Shown here: positions 25,601 to 37,999 of the stretch, piece by piece
Position numbering within the stretch: position 1 is the stretch's first letter
Layout of the letters: each line of letters starts with the position of its first letter
NCBI RefSeq assembly: GCF_021869535.1
Contig: NW_026262679.1
Span: forward strand, 84,940,001 to 85,004,000
Source: Mytilus californianus
Taxonomy: Eukaryota
Length of the DNA: 64,000 nt
Direction of reading: 5' to 3'
The notes under the pieces: model-generated
Databases searched by the model: none
Seen by the model: the letters and a program-made list of their open reading frames with translations, nothing else
Told to the model about the DNA's origin: nothing
Made by a program: the position numbers and the translations under genes

Positions 25601-28600
25601 CAGTCAAAATTTTGATACAGTGTTTTGTTCTAATAATATATAATCAAGTAATTCTTAAATGCATGTATTATGAAAGCATTAAAGCCGTCTTTATGCCACC
25701 AGATCAGCAACAATTGAGTTCTCTTTGTGAAAACAATTTGTATAATATAAAAGTTCAAGCTTGAAATTTGAAGAAGAAAATCAAAACTTGTTCCCTGCAT
25801 AAATGATTTCACAAAAATGACAAGTTCAACATCCTGTCATTTGTGGATTCAAAGAAAATCAAAATCCTGATAATATGCATACTTTTAACAGTATATAAGC
25901 ATAAACATTCTGCTATATATAAAAGTTATAGCTTGACAACAGTAGGAGAAGTTAGCCATGTTAGCTGAATAAACCATTTACCCCCAAACAGAATTTTCAC
26001 CAAAGAAATAATACATTTTAATGCTAAAGTTTCATCATGATTGAAATATAATCATCAGCAAAAAAAATATAATGTCAATTTATGGAAAAATTATTTTAAA
26101 TGAACCTTTTCTGAAATTAATAATCACTGCTGACTTCTAAGCCCATGTGAACATTATTTTGTATTTTGACTACCATCAGCTGAAGTCTGTAGAAAAATAA
26201 AGTTTTCCTATTCAAAATATTTTCACCAGTCTGAAAATGCATCTTCCATTTTATCTCAAATGTTAACCGAGTTGTCTTAGTAGTTAATCTACTGTACCAC
26301 TAGCCTGTCAACACTGATGTTGTGAGCTCAAACCCTGCATGTGGCTGTTGTATTCAAATCCAGTCTTAATTGACTAGGTTTCTAAAGGGGCAAAATGACT
26401 TCCTTATCAATAAAAACTGACCGCCATGATATAGCTAATAGTGCTGAAAGTTATGTTAAACACCAACAATCAATCAATAACATTTTTACAAAGTACATTT
26501 GAATCTGAAGTGAATTCCATACAATTTGCTTATACTTTGGTAAAAATAAGTTAAATATATAACTGTCCTTAAAACATAGCCCATCAATAACTATAAACAT
26601 ACCTACCATAAATAAAATGTAATAATTGTATATCTTCTAATGACAGGCGTTCTAAACAGATCTAGGAACGTATAAGCTTGTTTATGATCAGATTCTACTA
26701 GGACTTCACTGCTATGGGGCCCTTTTTCTGATGAGTCTTCATTTTCTTTCTCAGCTTCCTCGAACAGATGTCTAGGGAAAGGTATACCATTGATTTTACT
26801 TGCCCATTTGGTCACTCTCTCTGCTTCATTGTATTTTTTCTTGGCAATAAGCCATGGAAGAGATTCTGGAATAAACCTGTTCAAACAGAAATTTCTCTAC
26901 TTATGAAACAATATGATTGCTGTTTATGATTTTTTCAGAAATGAAAAAATCTGAAGACATTAAAACTTACAAGCACTATTATCATTTATTTCTTAAGATA
27001 AGAAGCATTAACAGATACAACACTTTTGACTTTTTGAAATGAAATAATCTAAGTGTTAAATAACAAAATTAACCAAAGGCAAACAGTTTTAAGTCCAATA
27101 CAACATTTAAAATGAAACAATAAGGCAAAATAAATTTCCTATTACCAACTTTTTGAGTGCACCAATGATAGTGCAAAATACAACAGGAACACCAGACCAA
27201 ATGTTTACGGTAATGGATGAGCTTGGGTGCATTTTATTGCAGCATTCATGAAAGCACAACTGATTTACATAAATAATAGGATTAATGTCTCAACAATGAA
27301 ATCTACTAATATGGAAAAGAAATTCAGTTTGGTATGAATGAAAAATCTCAGTGTATAATCAGCTTACAATTACACAAACTAGTCATAAAATATTGCAATG
27401 ATAACCTCATACTGTACTGTATTTACCCCAAAATTTTGTTAAATAGATTTTAATGACTTTACTTGAAATCTGGGCCATGAGTTTTTTAAAGGAGAAAACA
27501 GTTATCTTTAGAAATAACATGTTATGAAATCTAATTATAAATTAAAACATACCAATAAAAAATTATAGTTAACAAATTAGGTATGGTAATGACTAGCTGT
27601 AATGTCTGCCAATCTCGCAAAAAATATCCAAACGTAGCCAACACCATAATTCCTATGCTCCAGGAACAGTTGACAGCAACTGATGGATATGAGCGGAAAT
27701 TAGAAGGAAAAAATTCTGTCACCATTACATATGTAGCTAATGCTATAGGCTGAAAAAAAAGAACATTTTGTTACTGTATTTTACATTTTGATTGTAGGGC
27801 AATTAATGACAGTATTAGATTTCTTTGCCAGATATAATTTATAATGTGTTGATTTAATCCTGCAGTTAGGTTATTTAATGCAAAGATGCGCAAGATTCAC
27901 ATGTAGCAGAGAGTTCTCAAAATGATGCTAGGGAGTGTATTGAACTTGCAATGTTGGAAGAGTTGTTGTCCCATGTTTTAGGTCTCACTGTGACTTTGGA
28001 TGAAGAACAGCAATAAAAGCACTGTTTCTTTGCTTTTTGTTTATTTCTGTACTTATAGAGATTTTGTGTCATGAATTGATGCACTATAACCTTTCTTTTC
28101 CATTCCATTAAAAATACTATCAGGGCTATTTCAAAAATATTGATTTGGGAAGATACTTTTGTTTTACTTCACTGTGCATAACATTTTAAAAGACTGCAAG
28201 TTAGTCATACCCTCTTAAAGTTTGATTTAAAAAAAAAACAGTCAATAGTCATCCAATTTAATAAAATTGCCTTCTAATTCCAAAATTACAAAGATTTCTG
28301 TAAAAGTCCTAATTATTTAGCATTATCAAGCATATTTATTTCAAAGGTAGATATTTTGTGTTGTGTCTTTGTTTAAATGCATAGTTGTTTCATTGGTAAT
28401 TATAATAATGAAAATATTGAAATTCGACAAGCTTGGACAATACTGACTCAATCATTTTAAAAGATTTTTTAATATATCTTGTGACAGGTAACAGATAATA
28501 ATTGATGACAAAAACTTAAATGTTTAAGACAATTGAGTTACATTTTGAAAGAAGAACTAAGTATCTTCAGATGTTATAACTGTATTGCATTGAAATATGC

Positions 28601-30048
28601 CAATAGAACTTTTATTTCTGATGGGTTTTTTTTTTTAATTTGAAAAATTCTACTGCAGTATTGAGTATTTGAGCATTCTCATTGTCATGGCCAAAGTTTA
28701 ACTTCCTGACCTATTCTCTTCAAAGTATTCTTCAAAATACCTGGAATCTGTCAAGCGAATAAAGGCAGGTTTGTCAAAAATACTGTGCATTCATTATTAT
28801 AGATGTGGTACCAATTTTTGTGGATTTCGTACGTAAAGATAAACCACAAATTAAAATATACAACTAAGTACAAATCATCTATATAGTTGTGTGCAGATTT
28901 CCACAAAAACCTCAATATCAACTTTCAATAAAATTTAAAAAAATTATCAATCCACAAAAATTAGTACCCATGAAAATAAATGAATCCACAGTCATAATTT
29001 CAACACCTTATTCTTACCATGTTTAACATTCCAATAAAGAATCGAAGGATAGTAAACAAAATATATGTATTAGCAAAAGCTGCACAGATACCAATGACAG
29101 CTTGTATCAACAGAAGTGTCAAAATTGTTTTCTTTCTTCCAAATCTGTCTGATAGTGGAGTCAGGAAGGTAGCCCCAATAGTATTCCCTACCATGTAAAT
29201 TGTTGTGGACAACTCATTTAAATAATCTCTATCACACACAAGATCCCACTGTAAAAAAAAAACAAATATTTTAAATCCATTTCAAATTTTTTTTAATGTT
29301 TGTTGAAGATAAAAAGACTAAATTATTCCTGAAAATATACTGGTAAAATTTCAACCTTTAAACTTTTAACTTTGTTTTGAAAAACAGTTGCTGATTGTTC
29401 TAAGTACCTGTAGCTCATCTACAGTAATCACTTGCCAGTTAACACTGAGGTTGTGAGGTCTAAGCCAGCTCTAGACAGTGCATTTGATCTTAATTGACGA
29501 AAAATGCAAGTTTTGCTGCAGGTCAGTGGTTCTCTATGGGTACTCCAGCTTCCTCCATCAATAAAAACTGGCCGTCATGTTATAGCCAAGAGTGCTGAAA
29601 GTGGCATTATACACCAATAATCATTCAAATCATTGAAGAAAAACTGAGATTGCTGCCTGCTTAAATATTCACTCACCAGTAACATACATTGAAAAGTTTA
29701 ACATAAATAATTTAAAGATTGTCAAAATAACGGTATTACTAGTAACATGTTAAAACTCACCTCTGTCACTATGGTTTCTTCAAACTCATCACCATACTCC
29801 CAACCATTAGGACAAGATTGGGTTGTATTCTGTCCATCAATACTGAGAGTGACATCACAAGTTCCATATGTAATAGTTTTATTTTTATCAGCAAACTTTT
29901 TACAAGAATAATCTGGTACCCCTCCAAGAAATATACTTCCCAGGACAGGCCATGCTCCCCTCATGTAGATAAAGGACAGACAAAGAAATACTAAGATCTG
30001 GAAACGTCCATAATTCCCAAGGCTCTGAAGTACTCTGTCAGCATCCAT
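22464..30048 (-). CDS. SLC22: SLC22-family organic cation/anion transporter, 9 coding exons, 1623 nt, 540 aa
   Basis: Exons 30048-29761, 29248-29018, 27749-27553, 26876-26607, 25515-25381, 24943-24858, 24341-24221, 23837-23765, 22685-22464. All introns are GT-AG and all phases match, with no internal stops. Family motifs: LGNYGRFQ, IVTEWDLVC, SDRFGRK, FIPESLPWL, DLFRTP, AVEIPA, LGRRKP, GKFGITGSYS, EIFPTVIR, FFLPETHGRPLPETIEE. Confidence 0.96.
23342..23740. mobile_element. TA-type MITE carrying an internal minisatellite expansion (SLC22 intron 8)
   Basis: Ends resemble the 28783-28992 MITE (ctgt-gtgaatcatt...accaattttcatggat and atccacaaaaattgttaccca...aaataaatgaa). Confidence 0.7.
23437..23644. 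repeat. 25-bp minisatellite, 8 units of TTTTTCTATAGGAATGTAGGCAGAC
   Basis: Units read directly. One has an 8-bp insertion and two others have point variants. Confidence 0.97.
23765..23837 (-). CDS. SLC22: SLC22 coding exon 8
   Basis: (R)NHAVGIASLFENVGGIAAPFIVYG, GTGAGA donor. Confidence 0.92.
24221..24341 (-). CDS. SLC22: SLC22 coding exon 7
   Basis: (D)DGTDLKPLIITLAMIGKFGITGSYSVTYLYGSEIFPTVI(R). Confidence 0.93.
24858..24943 (-). CDS. SLC22: SLC22 coding exon 6
   Basis: (L)LGRRKPLIFFMFLCGIMNIVTIFVPETT, GTATGT donor. Confidence 0.92.
25381..25515 (-). CDS. SLC22: SLC22 coding exon 5
   Basis: (W)FANSISYFGILFATPTLHGNQFLNLGISGAVEIPAQIVCVIAIN, GTAAGT donor. Not in the ORF track. Confidence 0.93.
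26265..26478 (+). mobile_element. Degenerate V-type SINE (SLC22 intron 4)
   Basis: Colinear with the 33806-34067 family: ccgagttgtcttagtag, cactagcctgtcaacactga-gttgtgag, tcttaattgactagg, aataaaaactgaccgcca, (CAAT)n tail. Confidence 0.8.
26607..26876 (-). CDS. SLC22: SLC22 coding exon 4
   Basis: (W)FIPESLPWLIAKK...DLFRTPVIRRYTIITFYL(W), GTAGGT donor. Confidence 0.93.
27553..27749 (-). CDS. SLC22: SLC22 coding exon 3
   Basis: PIALATYVMVTEFFP...LLTIIFY(W), GTATGT donor. Confidence 0.95.
28783..28992. mobile_element. About 210-bp MITE (SLC22 intron 2)
   Basis: TIRs ctgtgcattcatt...ggtaccaatttttgtggat and atccacaaaaattagtaccc...aatgaatccacag. Confidence 0.75.
29018..29248 (-). CDS. SLC22: SLC22 coding exon 2
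   Basis: ttacAG acceptor, WDLVCDRDYL...RFFIGMLNM, GTAAGA donor. Confidence 0.95.
29390..29630 (+). mobile_element. Degenerate V-type SINE (SLC22 intron 1)
   Basis: cagtaatcacttgccagttaacactgaggttgtgag, ggttctctatgggtactccagcttcctccatcaataaaaactggccg, gtgctgaaagtggcatta-acacca. Confidence 0.8.
29761..30048 (-). CDS. SLC22: SLC22 coding exon 1
   Basis: ATG at 30048, MDADRVLQSLGNYGRFQ...ETIVTE, GTGAGT donor. An acceptor at 30067 implies an upstream non-coding exon. Confidence 0.93.
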
Positions 30049-31168
30049 TGTTAACTTGATCTAAATCCTAAAATGGAGTAGACAAAATGTAACCTCAGTG
30101 AAGAGAAACTGAAGATGATTAATCAGAGATTTATAATTGTGTACTTAGTAAATAAATAATTGAGAAACTTAGGCATTTAGGAATTTACTTATCAAACCAT
30201 TCAATTTAGTATAGCTTATTAATATTATTTATTTGACATTTTGTCTGTTGATAGATGTGAACATAAATTACACGCATAAATTTTTTGAATTTACCAATTT
30301 TCTACCATATTAGCAAGCCGACTTTTTTTGTCTCTCAGATCTTCAAATTGTTTTTGTTACATAACAAAATAAAGAATATAAGTAAACATACGCCATATAT
30401 TTTCCACAATATGAATCCCTTCTGATCCAAAATTTATATCTAAAGAATATTTTATGACTATGCACTGTTTGCAGGCTAAGCTCTAAAATGTTACATAGGA
30501 ATATTTGTCAATTTTTGTAATAAAAGATTTTTAAAAATATGTGTGGTGTCAACATTGTCAGCATTAAGGTTCAGTTTGTGGTTAAAGTTTTTTTTAGATA
30601 TCAATAACTTTGTCAAACCTTTATGGAATTTTATCAAATTTATTAAAATGGACAAAGAAGCTTTTTTGTGACAAAAAGACAGTATCTAGAGCAAAATTTT
30701 AAAAAAATACGTATTTTCCTTATTTTACTGATAAATCATAAAATATACTTTTTTGCAGTTCATTCTAATTACATAGAAAAATTTAATTTTTTCAGTCATC
30801 AATAATGGTGTCAAACCTTCATTGAATTTTACTTATGTTGGACAGAAGCTTTTTTACAATCTTAAGACATAATCTAGAGCAAAAAAATGAAGAAAAAAAT
30901 TTGTCTCACTATTCTGTAGTTTACTGAAAAAAGGACTTAGTTTTTTGCAGTTAACAATTAGTTACAGTCTGGGGTTAATGTGTTACACATCAAATTACTT
31001 TGTCAAACCTTCATAGAATTTTATGAAACTTTGGTAGATGTTTTTTTATGATTAAATTTTATAATGTCTGAAGCAAAATTTTTAAAATATACATTACAAT
31101 TTTTTTTTAAACATTTAGGGGCACACTAAATGTGTAAACTAACATAAATTTGAGGAGAACAATATAAA

Positions 31169-32630
31169 TAAAATGCTCCCCTAGGCGCAGCTGGATACGA
31201 CCGCAGAGGTCGAACCCTGAAGAGTTGGGGCAAGTATGGACACTACATTCAAGCTTGATACAGCTCAGAATTTGGATTGTGATTAAATATTTGACACATC
31301 ATAGGTTTCTGTCACAGAACGAATGTGGTCATAGAACTGAAAAATTTGTGAAATTGGATTTTACCTATTATGGTCCAGTATCCAAAATCTAAATACATGG
31401 TTAGATTCAGCATATCCAAGTAAACCAAGAATTTAATTCATTTATTTATTAATGGACCATAATATCTTAGTACACCAAGAATTTAATTTATTTATTTGTT
31501 AATGGACAATATAAGCTAACTTTTTAAAGGGGTTTGTTTTATAAAAAATTATATATATTTAACATTCTGAAAATTAATTTATACAGGATAACAAACAACT
31601 TACCTACCAGGAAGTTCTTCAAAAAATTGAAAAAAAAACAATCTGTAAAAGCCCCTTTTTTGCCCCTAATTCCTAAACATATACTAAAATAACCCACAAA
31701 ATAAACCCCAACCTTCCTTGTGCTAAAATTTAATACACTTATACTCAAGTTATTGCCTGCAAACCACAAAAATAGTTGTTTTTGACCCCTTTTCGACCCC
31801 TAATTATTAAATGGTTTGGGCCATGACCCCCCCAAAATCAATCCCAACTTTCCTTTTGAAGTATGAAACCTTGTGGTAAAATTTCATAGAAATCTATAAT
31901 CTTGTACACAAATTATTGTCCTGAAACATGAAAAATGCTTGTTTTTGGCCCCTAATTACTTAACGGCTACGACATTAACCCCCAAAATAAATCACAACCT
32001 TTCTATTGTGGTATGAAACCTTGTACTTAAATTTAACAGAGATATATACACTTATACTCATGTTATTGTCTTAGAACCAGACAAATAATTGTTTTTGTTA
32101 GGCCCTTTTTGACCCCTAATTCCTAAACAGCTATGACAATAACCCCCTAAATTGATCCCAACCTTCCTATTGTGGTGTGAAACCTTGTGCTAAAATTTAA
32201 CAGAGATATATACACTTATACTCATGTTATTGTCTTAAAACCAGACAAATAATTGTTTTTGGCCCCTTATTACAAAACAGCTAGGACAATAACCCCCAAA
32301 ATCAATCCCAACCCTCCTATTGTGGTATGGAACCTTGCGCTAAAATTTCTTACACACCCATACACTTCTACTAAAGTTATTGTCTGCGAACCAAATTATT
32401 TTCTATGAACCAGTAAAACTGACCTTTTTTTGGCCCCTAATTACAAAACTGCTAGGACAATAGCCCCCAAAAACAATCCCAACCATCCTTTAGTGGTATG
32501 GAACCTTGTGCTAAAATTTCATAGAGATCCATGCACTTATACTCAAGTTATTGTCTGCGAACCAAAATGTCTTCAGACGCAGACGCAGACAACACCATAA
32601 GTTCATAACATAATACGAATGCAAAATAAA
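31169..32630 (-). mobile_element. Helentron-associated (HINE/DINE-like) element with an internal array of about 150-170-bp repeats
   Basis: Terminal block gcgcagctggatacgaccgcagaggtc-aaccctgaa-agttggggcaa is shared with 53960 and 61328. 5-6 tandem units at 31640-32570 (anchor aaccttgtg-taaaattt). The opposite terminus is degenerate. Confidence 0.8.
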
Positions 32631-33199
32631 AATAAGCAGGACAAGGGAAGCAATTCTACATATTTGGCCACATCTATATCAACACACAAATGTATTCAAA
32701 TATATTACCTTAAGACTGAGGTAGCAAAAGTTAATCAACAATGTGTTTTAACATTTGTTGAATTGTCCAAATTTATGTTGGCTGCCCTTTAAGGTAGATC
32801 ATGGGTCTAAATTAAAATGGAAAGAATATCTAATAATTTGCCAAAATGAAGTTTATATCATGCTTTTTTCAAAAATATAATAAAAATTATGGCTAACAGG
32901 GCTAATTTTAAAAAAAGAAAAAAGAAAAAATGGGGTCACAGGACTAACAAGTTTCTTGGTAAAAAAAAATAATAGGTAAATTTCCTACACATTCTTATTT
33001 AAAAGTAAGGTTATCTCCCCTTTTCAGGCAAAGTTTGCAAAAAACTGATTCATGAAAAATGTTCTGTATTTTTAAAAACAGTTGTGATAATAAGAATAAC
33101 ACACACTTTTCCTCATTTAGATCAAGGATCCTTGTTTAGATGAAAAGTATAACAAATTAATTACATTCATATATTTATATTATCATGATTATACACAGT

Positions 33200-33620
33200 A
33201 TTTATACATCCCACCATTGTGTTATTGTGCTATGGATATTTTTGTATTCTTGTCCTTCATTTTTGCTATGTGCTTTGTTTTTTCTTTGTTGACATAGTTG
33301 TTTGTTTTTATATATATTGATTAAGATTATTACATGTTGACTGCTGTACACCAATTTTTGACATTTTTTCCTATTATGTCTTTTTGTTTTGCTCACACAT
33401 TTTTGGAATTCTATGTGACTGTCATACAAGTGAGAGGTTTAGCTAGCTATTAAACCAGGTTTAATCCACCATTTTCTACAAAAGGAAATGCCTGTAACAA
33501 GTCAGGAATATGACAGTTGTTTTCCATTCATTTGATGTATTTGAGCTTTTGACTTTGCCATTTAATAAGGGACTTTCCTTTTCGAATTTTCCTTGGAGTT
33601 TGGATTTTTTGTTATTTTAC
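33200..33620 (+). repeat. Penelope-associated 3-prime repeat, uninterrupted copy
   Basis: Colinear with 13865-14185 joined to 16216-16350. Confidence 0.82.
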
Positions 33621-33805
33621 TTCATCTATCAAAATTTGTATATTTTATTCAAAATCTAGAATGATTGTGTTTTGCTTTTTTACTCCCATTAATTTTATTA
33701 ACTCTATTTTATTCAACTCCCTCAGGCAAAGTTGACCTTAGATAGATTTGGCTATTTAGGTACTTTTTGGTTATATAGCTCTTCAACTGTTTTATTCTTA
33801 TACAT

Positions 33806-34067
33806 TGATTTGATTGATTTTTGGTGTTTTAACGCCACTTTTAAGCACCGCTTTTGGGCTATTTCGTGGCGGCCAGTTTTTATTGGTGGAGGAAGACGGA
33901 GTTCCTGGAGAAAACCACCGACCTTCGATAGGAAAACTGACAATCCTAGTCAATTAAGATTGGAGTCGAGTGCACCCGCACGAGCGGGGTTCGAACTCAC
34001 AACCTCAGTGTTGACTGGCTAGTGATTACAGTAGTAACTACTTAGACCACTCGGGCACCGAGGCCCC
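33806..34067 (-). mobile_element. Full-length tRNA-derived V-type SINE with a 13-bp TSD
   Basis: Minus strand: GGGGCCTCGGTGCCCGAGTGGTCTAAG (A box), GTTCGAACC (B box), V-like core ggttttctccaggaactccgtcttcctccacc, (CAAT)n tail. TATTCTTATACAT at 33793-33805 and 34068-34080. Confidence 0.9.
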
Positions 34068-34809
34068 TATTCTTATACATCCTTGGCTTTCAAATATTAG
34101 GCTTTGAGCGTTCCCGAAGAAGTTAAATCCAGAAAAGCACTTCGGACGCATGAAAGTTATAACCTCTTGTTTTCAATTTTGTACAGCACGGGTCGATACG
34201 TCTGCTGGTGGACTATCAGCATGATCAGTCTCCGAGGATATCATCAGCTCAGTAGTCAGTACTTTTGTACTGACATGATTTATAAAGGTGTAATACCACC
34301 AAATCATAGTACGTCACATCCGGTTGCATACGAAAATAGGTTGAAAAAAAATATTCCCTTGAATTTGACAGTTTTAGGTAATTGATCCTACATTTCATTG
34401 CAGTAAAACATTTCTGGGTCATAAACATATATCTTGGGTATTTCAAAGCACCATTGTTTTTTTATTTGGGGTTTCTATAGAATATTTTGGAAACTTGAGG
34501 TTACATGGTTACTAAAGCTTGTACACAGGTTAAAAAAGGGGGAAAATTTGATTGGTTAACTTCCAGTGATGGTTATTTTCTTATATGCAATGAAATGTTA
34601 TGTGAAATTTTTTCTACAGTACTGGACAGGATAAAACTTTACTCATGCCAAGTATTTCTATATTTGAAACAAAGATCAATTCTGCACAATTTTTTGAAAA
34701 GTGCAAATTTAACAAAGACTAATAGGGGAAAATCAATGGTGGTATTACACCTAAAAAACCTTTCTAAAATTGTCCGTTTATAAATTTTGAAATTATAAAG
34801 AAACTAAGG

Positions 34810-35030
34810 TTTCAACTCCTCCGGAGTCCTCCCTCAGGCAAAGTTGACCTTACATGTAGATAGATTTGGCTATTTTTTTAGGTCCATTTTGGTTATACAT
34901 GTATAGCTCTTCAACTGTTTGGGTTCTTATACATCCTTGGCTTTCAACTATCAGGCTTTAAGCATTCTTGATGAAGTTAAATCCAGAAAAGCACTTTGGA
35001 CACATCAAATTTATAACATGTTGTTTTCAT
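34810..35030. repeat. Dispersed repeat; SINE-free sibling of 33715-34170
   Basis: ccctcaggcaaagttgacctta...gctcttcaactgtt...ttcttatacatccttggctttcaa...gaagttaaatccagaaaagcactt is present in both copies. Confidence 0.85.
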
Positions 35031-36232
35031 TTTTTACAATCCAAGATGGCAGAATACACCCGATCTACCTTTTAAAACTTCTTTAATTTTCTTTACCATG
35101 TCATAATTGTCTGCTTGGGGTTTTCACACCCAAATAGTTATCTCAAGTGCAATTAAACCCTATCTTTAATGATCACTCTTGATTGCTTCTAATATCTAAT
35201 TAAAGGGATTTACAATTATAGGTCATATATTTTATTTTGATCATTTACAGTGTCAATATGATGAAATTTGAAAGGTTCAATAGTTAGGACATTGTTTGCA
35301 TCTCCATGCAATTAGTAGCATATCAGCATCTCAGCAATTTCTATAGCATCTGGGGGAAAACAAATAGTAATAGCTTCTCAAAGCTGAGATGATAAAACTG
35401 CTTCGCGAGAAAACTGATTTCATGGGTCCATTGGCAAAATGTTCCATTTTCTCTACTTACTTCTTCATGAATGCCATATCTGCAAATACCATGAAATCCA
35501 AATCACTGTAAATACCTGAGTTTGATGTAATATCCATAAATGGATCCACTTTATATGATCATTTTGACGGTTACCCATTTTGACGCCAGATCTCCGTCCC
35601 TAAAATTTACCCAAACCATGCTAACCTGTTGAACACCTGTGAAAATTATTGTCCTTCTATAGGTAGTCACTTTATTCACAGTTAATATATAACATTAAAC
35701 TGGTTTTTTATAACATGTATTATTCAGAAAGAAGCTATATCTCAATGACAAAATAACAAAATAACAAATTACCAAAGAAACAGGATCTTTGAGTTTGACT
35801 TTGGTGAGGACATATCATTATAAACTTGCATCAGACACTTACCCCGCGTGTTTAAACCAAAAAAAGATATGGTACCAGTTTCCTTTCTTTTCTTCTATTT
35901 TTGTTGTTGATGGAAACTAAATAATAATTAAAACTACATTTTAGTATCATTAATCCGTCCTACATTTTTGTAAAAAGCATGACATCGGCTAAGTTCCAGT
36001 GCTTAGGTTCCCCCAAGAAAAAGCGGGTAGTATTAAAACCTGCACACGGGATCCGAACATGGGTTCGAAAAGCTAGAAAACAAGAAGCTGTAAAGAGAGA
36101 CATATAATTCATGTAGGGCCTTCAACAATAAGCGAAACCAAAACCGTTAAGAAAACTGTAAAAGGCCCTGATATGACAAAAAGTGAAACAATTATAAAAG
36201 AAAACCAACGGCCTGATTTATACTACAATGTA

Positions 36233-36718
36233 CAGTCTTAAGTCAAAAGTGTTTCACCTTTCGGAAATTCCCCTATTATTTCATATAAAAACACATTTTA
36301 ATACAAATTCTACTGAAGGTTATTCTAGTCCGAATTGAACGAAAAAAAATCATAAAATGCAAAATTATCTGCAGTTTCTTGCAATTTTTATGAAATATAT
36401 TTATGATTTATATTTTAAGGGAAATTATCGTGAAAGACAAATATGAATTTCTGCACGAAAAAAATCATATGGCTATATAGAAAAAAATGACACTTAATTT
36501 CAATATTTATATACAAATAATGATTTCTCAGTAATGACATGTTATAAAGATATCTCATAATAAACATTAAAAACTGTACACATTTGTGAGTTTAACATTA
36601 AAAATTTCATCAAAATTAGACCTCAAATTAGTTTTTGACAAAGTTTTTAAAAAATGTGTGTTTATATGAAATAATAGGTGAATATCCGATAGGTGAAACA
36701 CTTTTGACCTAAAACTAT
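36233..36718. mobile_element. Tc1/mariner-type MITE with about 65-bp TIRs
   Basis: TA-CAGTCTTAAGTCAAAAGTGTTTCACCT-TCGGAAATTC-CCTATTATTTCATATAAA versus tttatatgaaataataggtgaatatccgataggtgaaacacttttgacctaaaact. Confidence 0.85.
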
Positions 36719-37999
36719 TATAGGCGCTTTGGGAAGGCGGGAACTGATCATCATATATACTCTGCCATTATTGTCAAATCGCACGGATAAGAGCAAGAAC
36801 ACATTACATAATTGAAAATAAGTTAATATATAAAGGAATAGTTACTAAAAAAAAATAAAACACATATATATATATATTGAAAAAGGGGGGTCCAATTTGA
36901 TTCCCATAGCGCCAGTGCAATGAAAATAAATAAATAAGATAGACAGCGACCAACGCCGGACAACAACTGGATTACAGGTTCCTGACTTGTGATATCACAT
37001 AAATAATGTGTTGGAGGTTAAAATGTTTGAATCCGTCCCTTACACCCCCCTACCCCTCCCCCCTCCCCCCCGCCCAAATCAATAACCTGGGCATTGCACT
37101 TAAAAAAAATATACTCTTAAGGGTATCCTCATGCATGTTTTTCTACAGATTCATTTTTTGCAACAATTTCAAGGTGCACAATAAGGGCGTATCAAATGTT
37201 CTTGCCGCTGCTGCTGCTAATTTTTTTCGTATGTTTTTGATTTGATGACGATTTTCTGCTTTATCTTCATTCCTTGTACCTGCTGATGTTTCCTTACTTT
37301 AAATTTATGTATTGTTCAGATTGAGGCTGGAATTGCATTGCTTTCTAACTTTATAAGCTGAAGATATATTAACGACCATTTTCATGGCCAAAGCGAGCAG
37401 CTGGAAAGCCCGCTAACAATGTTGAATTGGTAGAATAAGTCGATGACGAAGTCACAAATAATTACAGAAAGCATGTAAGAACTGCGTTATTTGTACAACA
37501 CCTCGGGCGTCCTCGGACATACACACGATACACTCACCCAGCAATATTGGGTTTATGAGTGCATGTAGTTGTAGACGCGTACCATCGCGGACCTGTAGCA
37601 GGCAAGTAAGGAAACCAAACTTCTACGCTGATGCTGTACAGCGCTGAGTGGGTATTGTTGTCAAATACAAGTACCTCGTTCTCCATAGCTAACTTGCTAT
37701 CTAAGGTACATCGTGTGGCCATCGGATAAACACTGGAAATATTTTAGCACTGTCGTGGGAGCCATGGAGCAAGGGGACACTAACTATCTCCTACACTATA
37801 AGACTATAGAAAGCTTGTTTTTATCTTGTTTTTATTTATTTTTTATCATTCCAAGTAAATAAAGATACACTGGGGACAATCAAAAACATTTAGTAGGAGA
37901 GAAATAAACAACACCATGATCAAAAGAAAAACTATGAAAAGAGAAGCAACAGTCCACAAAACACTACTCAGAAAACTAAAGATTGGGCAACACAAACTC

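Larger units (their letters stand above)
32793..35069. mobile_element. Possible TTAA (Kolobok-type) non-autonomous element hosting nested repeats
   Basis: TTAA-GGTAGATC at 32789-32800 and GATCTACC-TTTTAA at 35062-35075. Only an 8-bp TIR, and the right TSD is imperfect. Confidence 0.35.

Noticed and set aside
33990-34067. tRNA gene
   Set aside because: A and B boxes are the head of a SINE with a body, tail and TSD. No full cloverleaf is evident.
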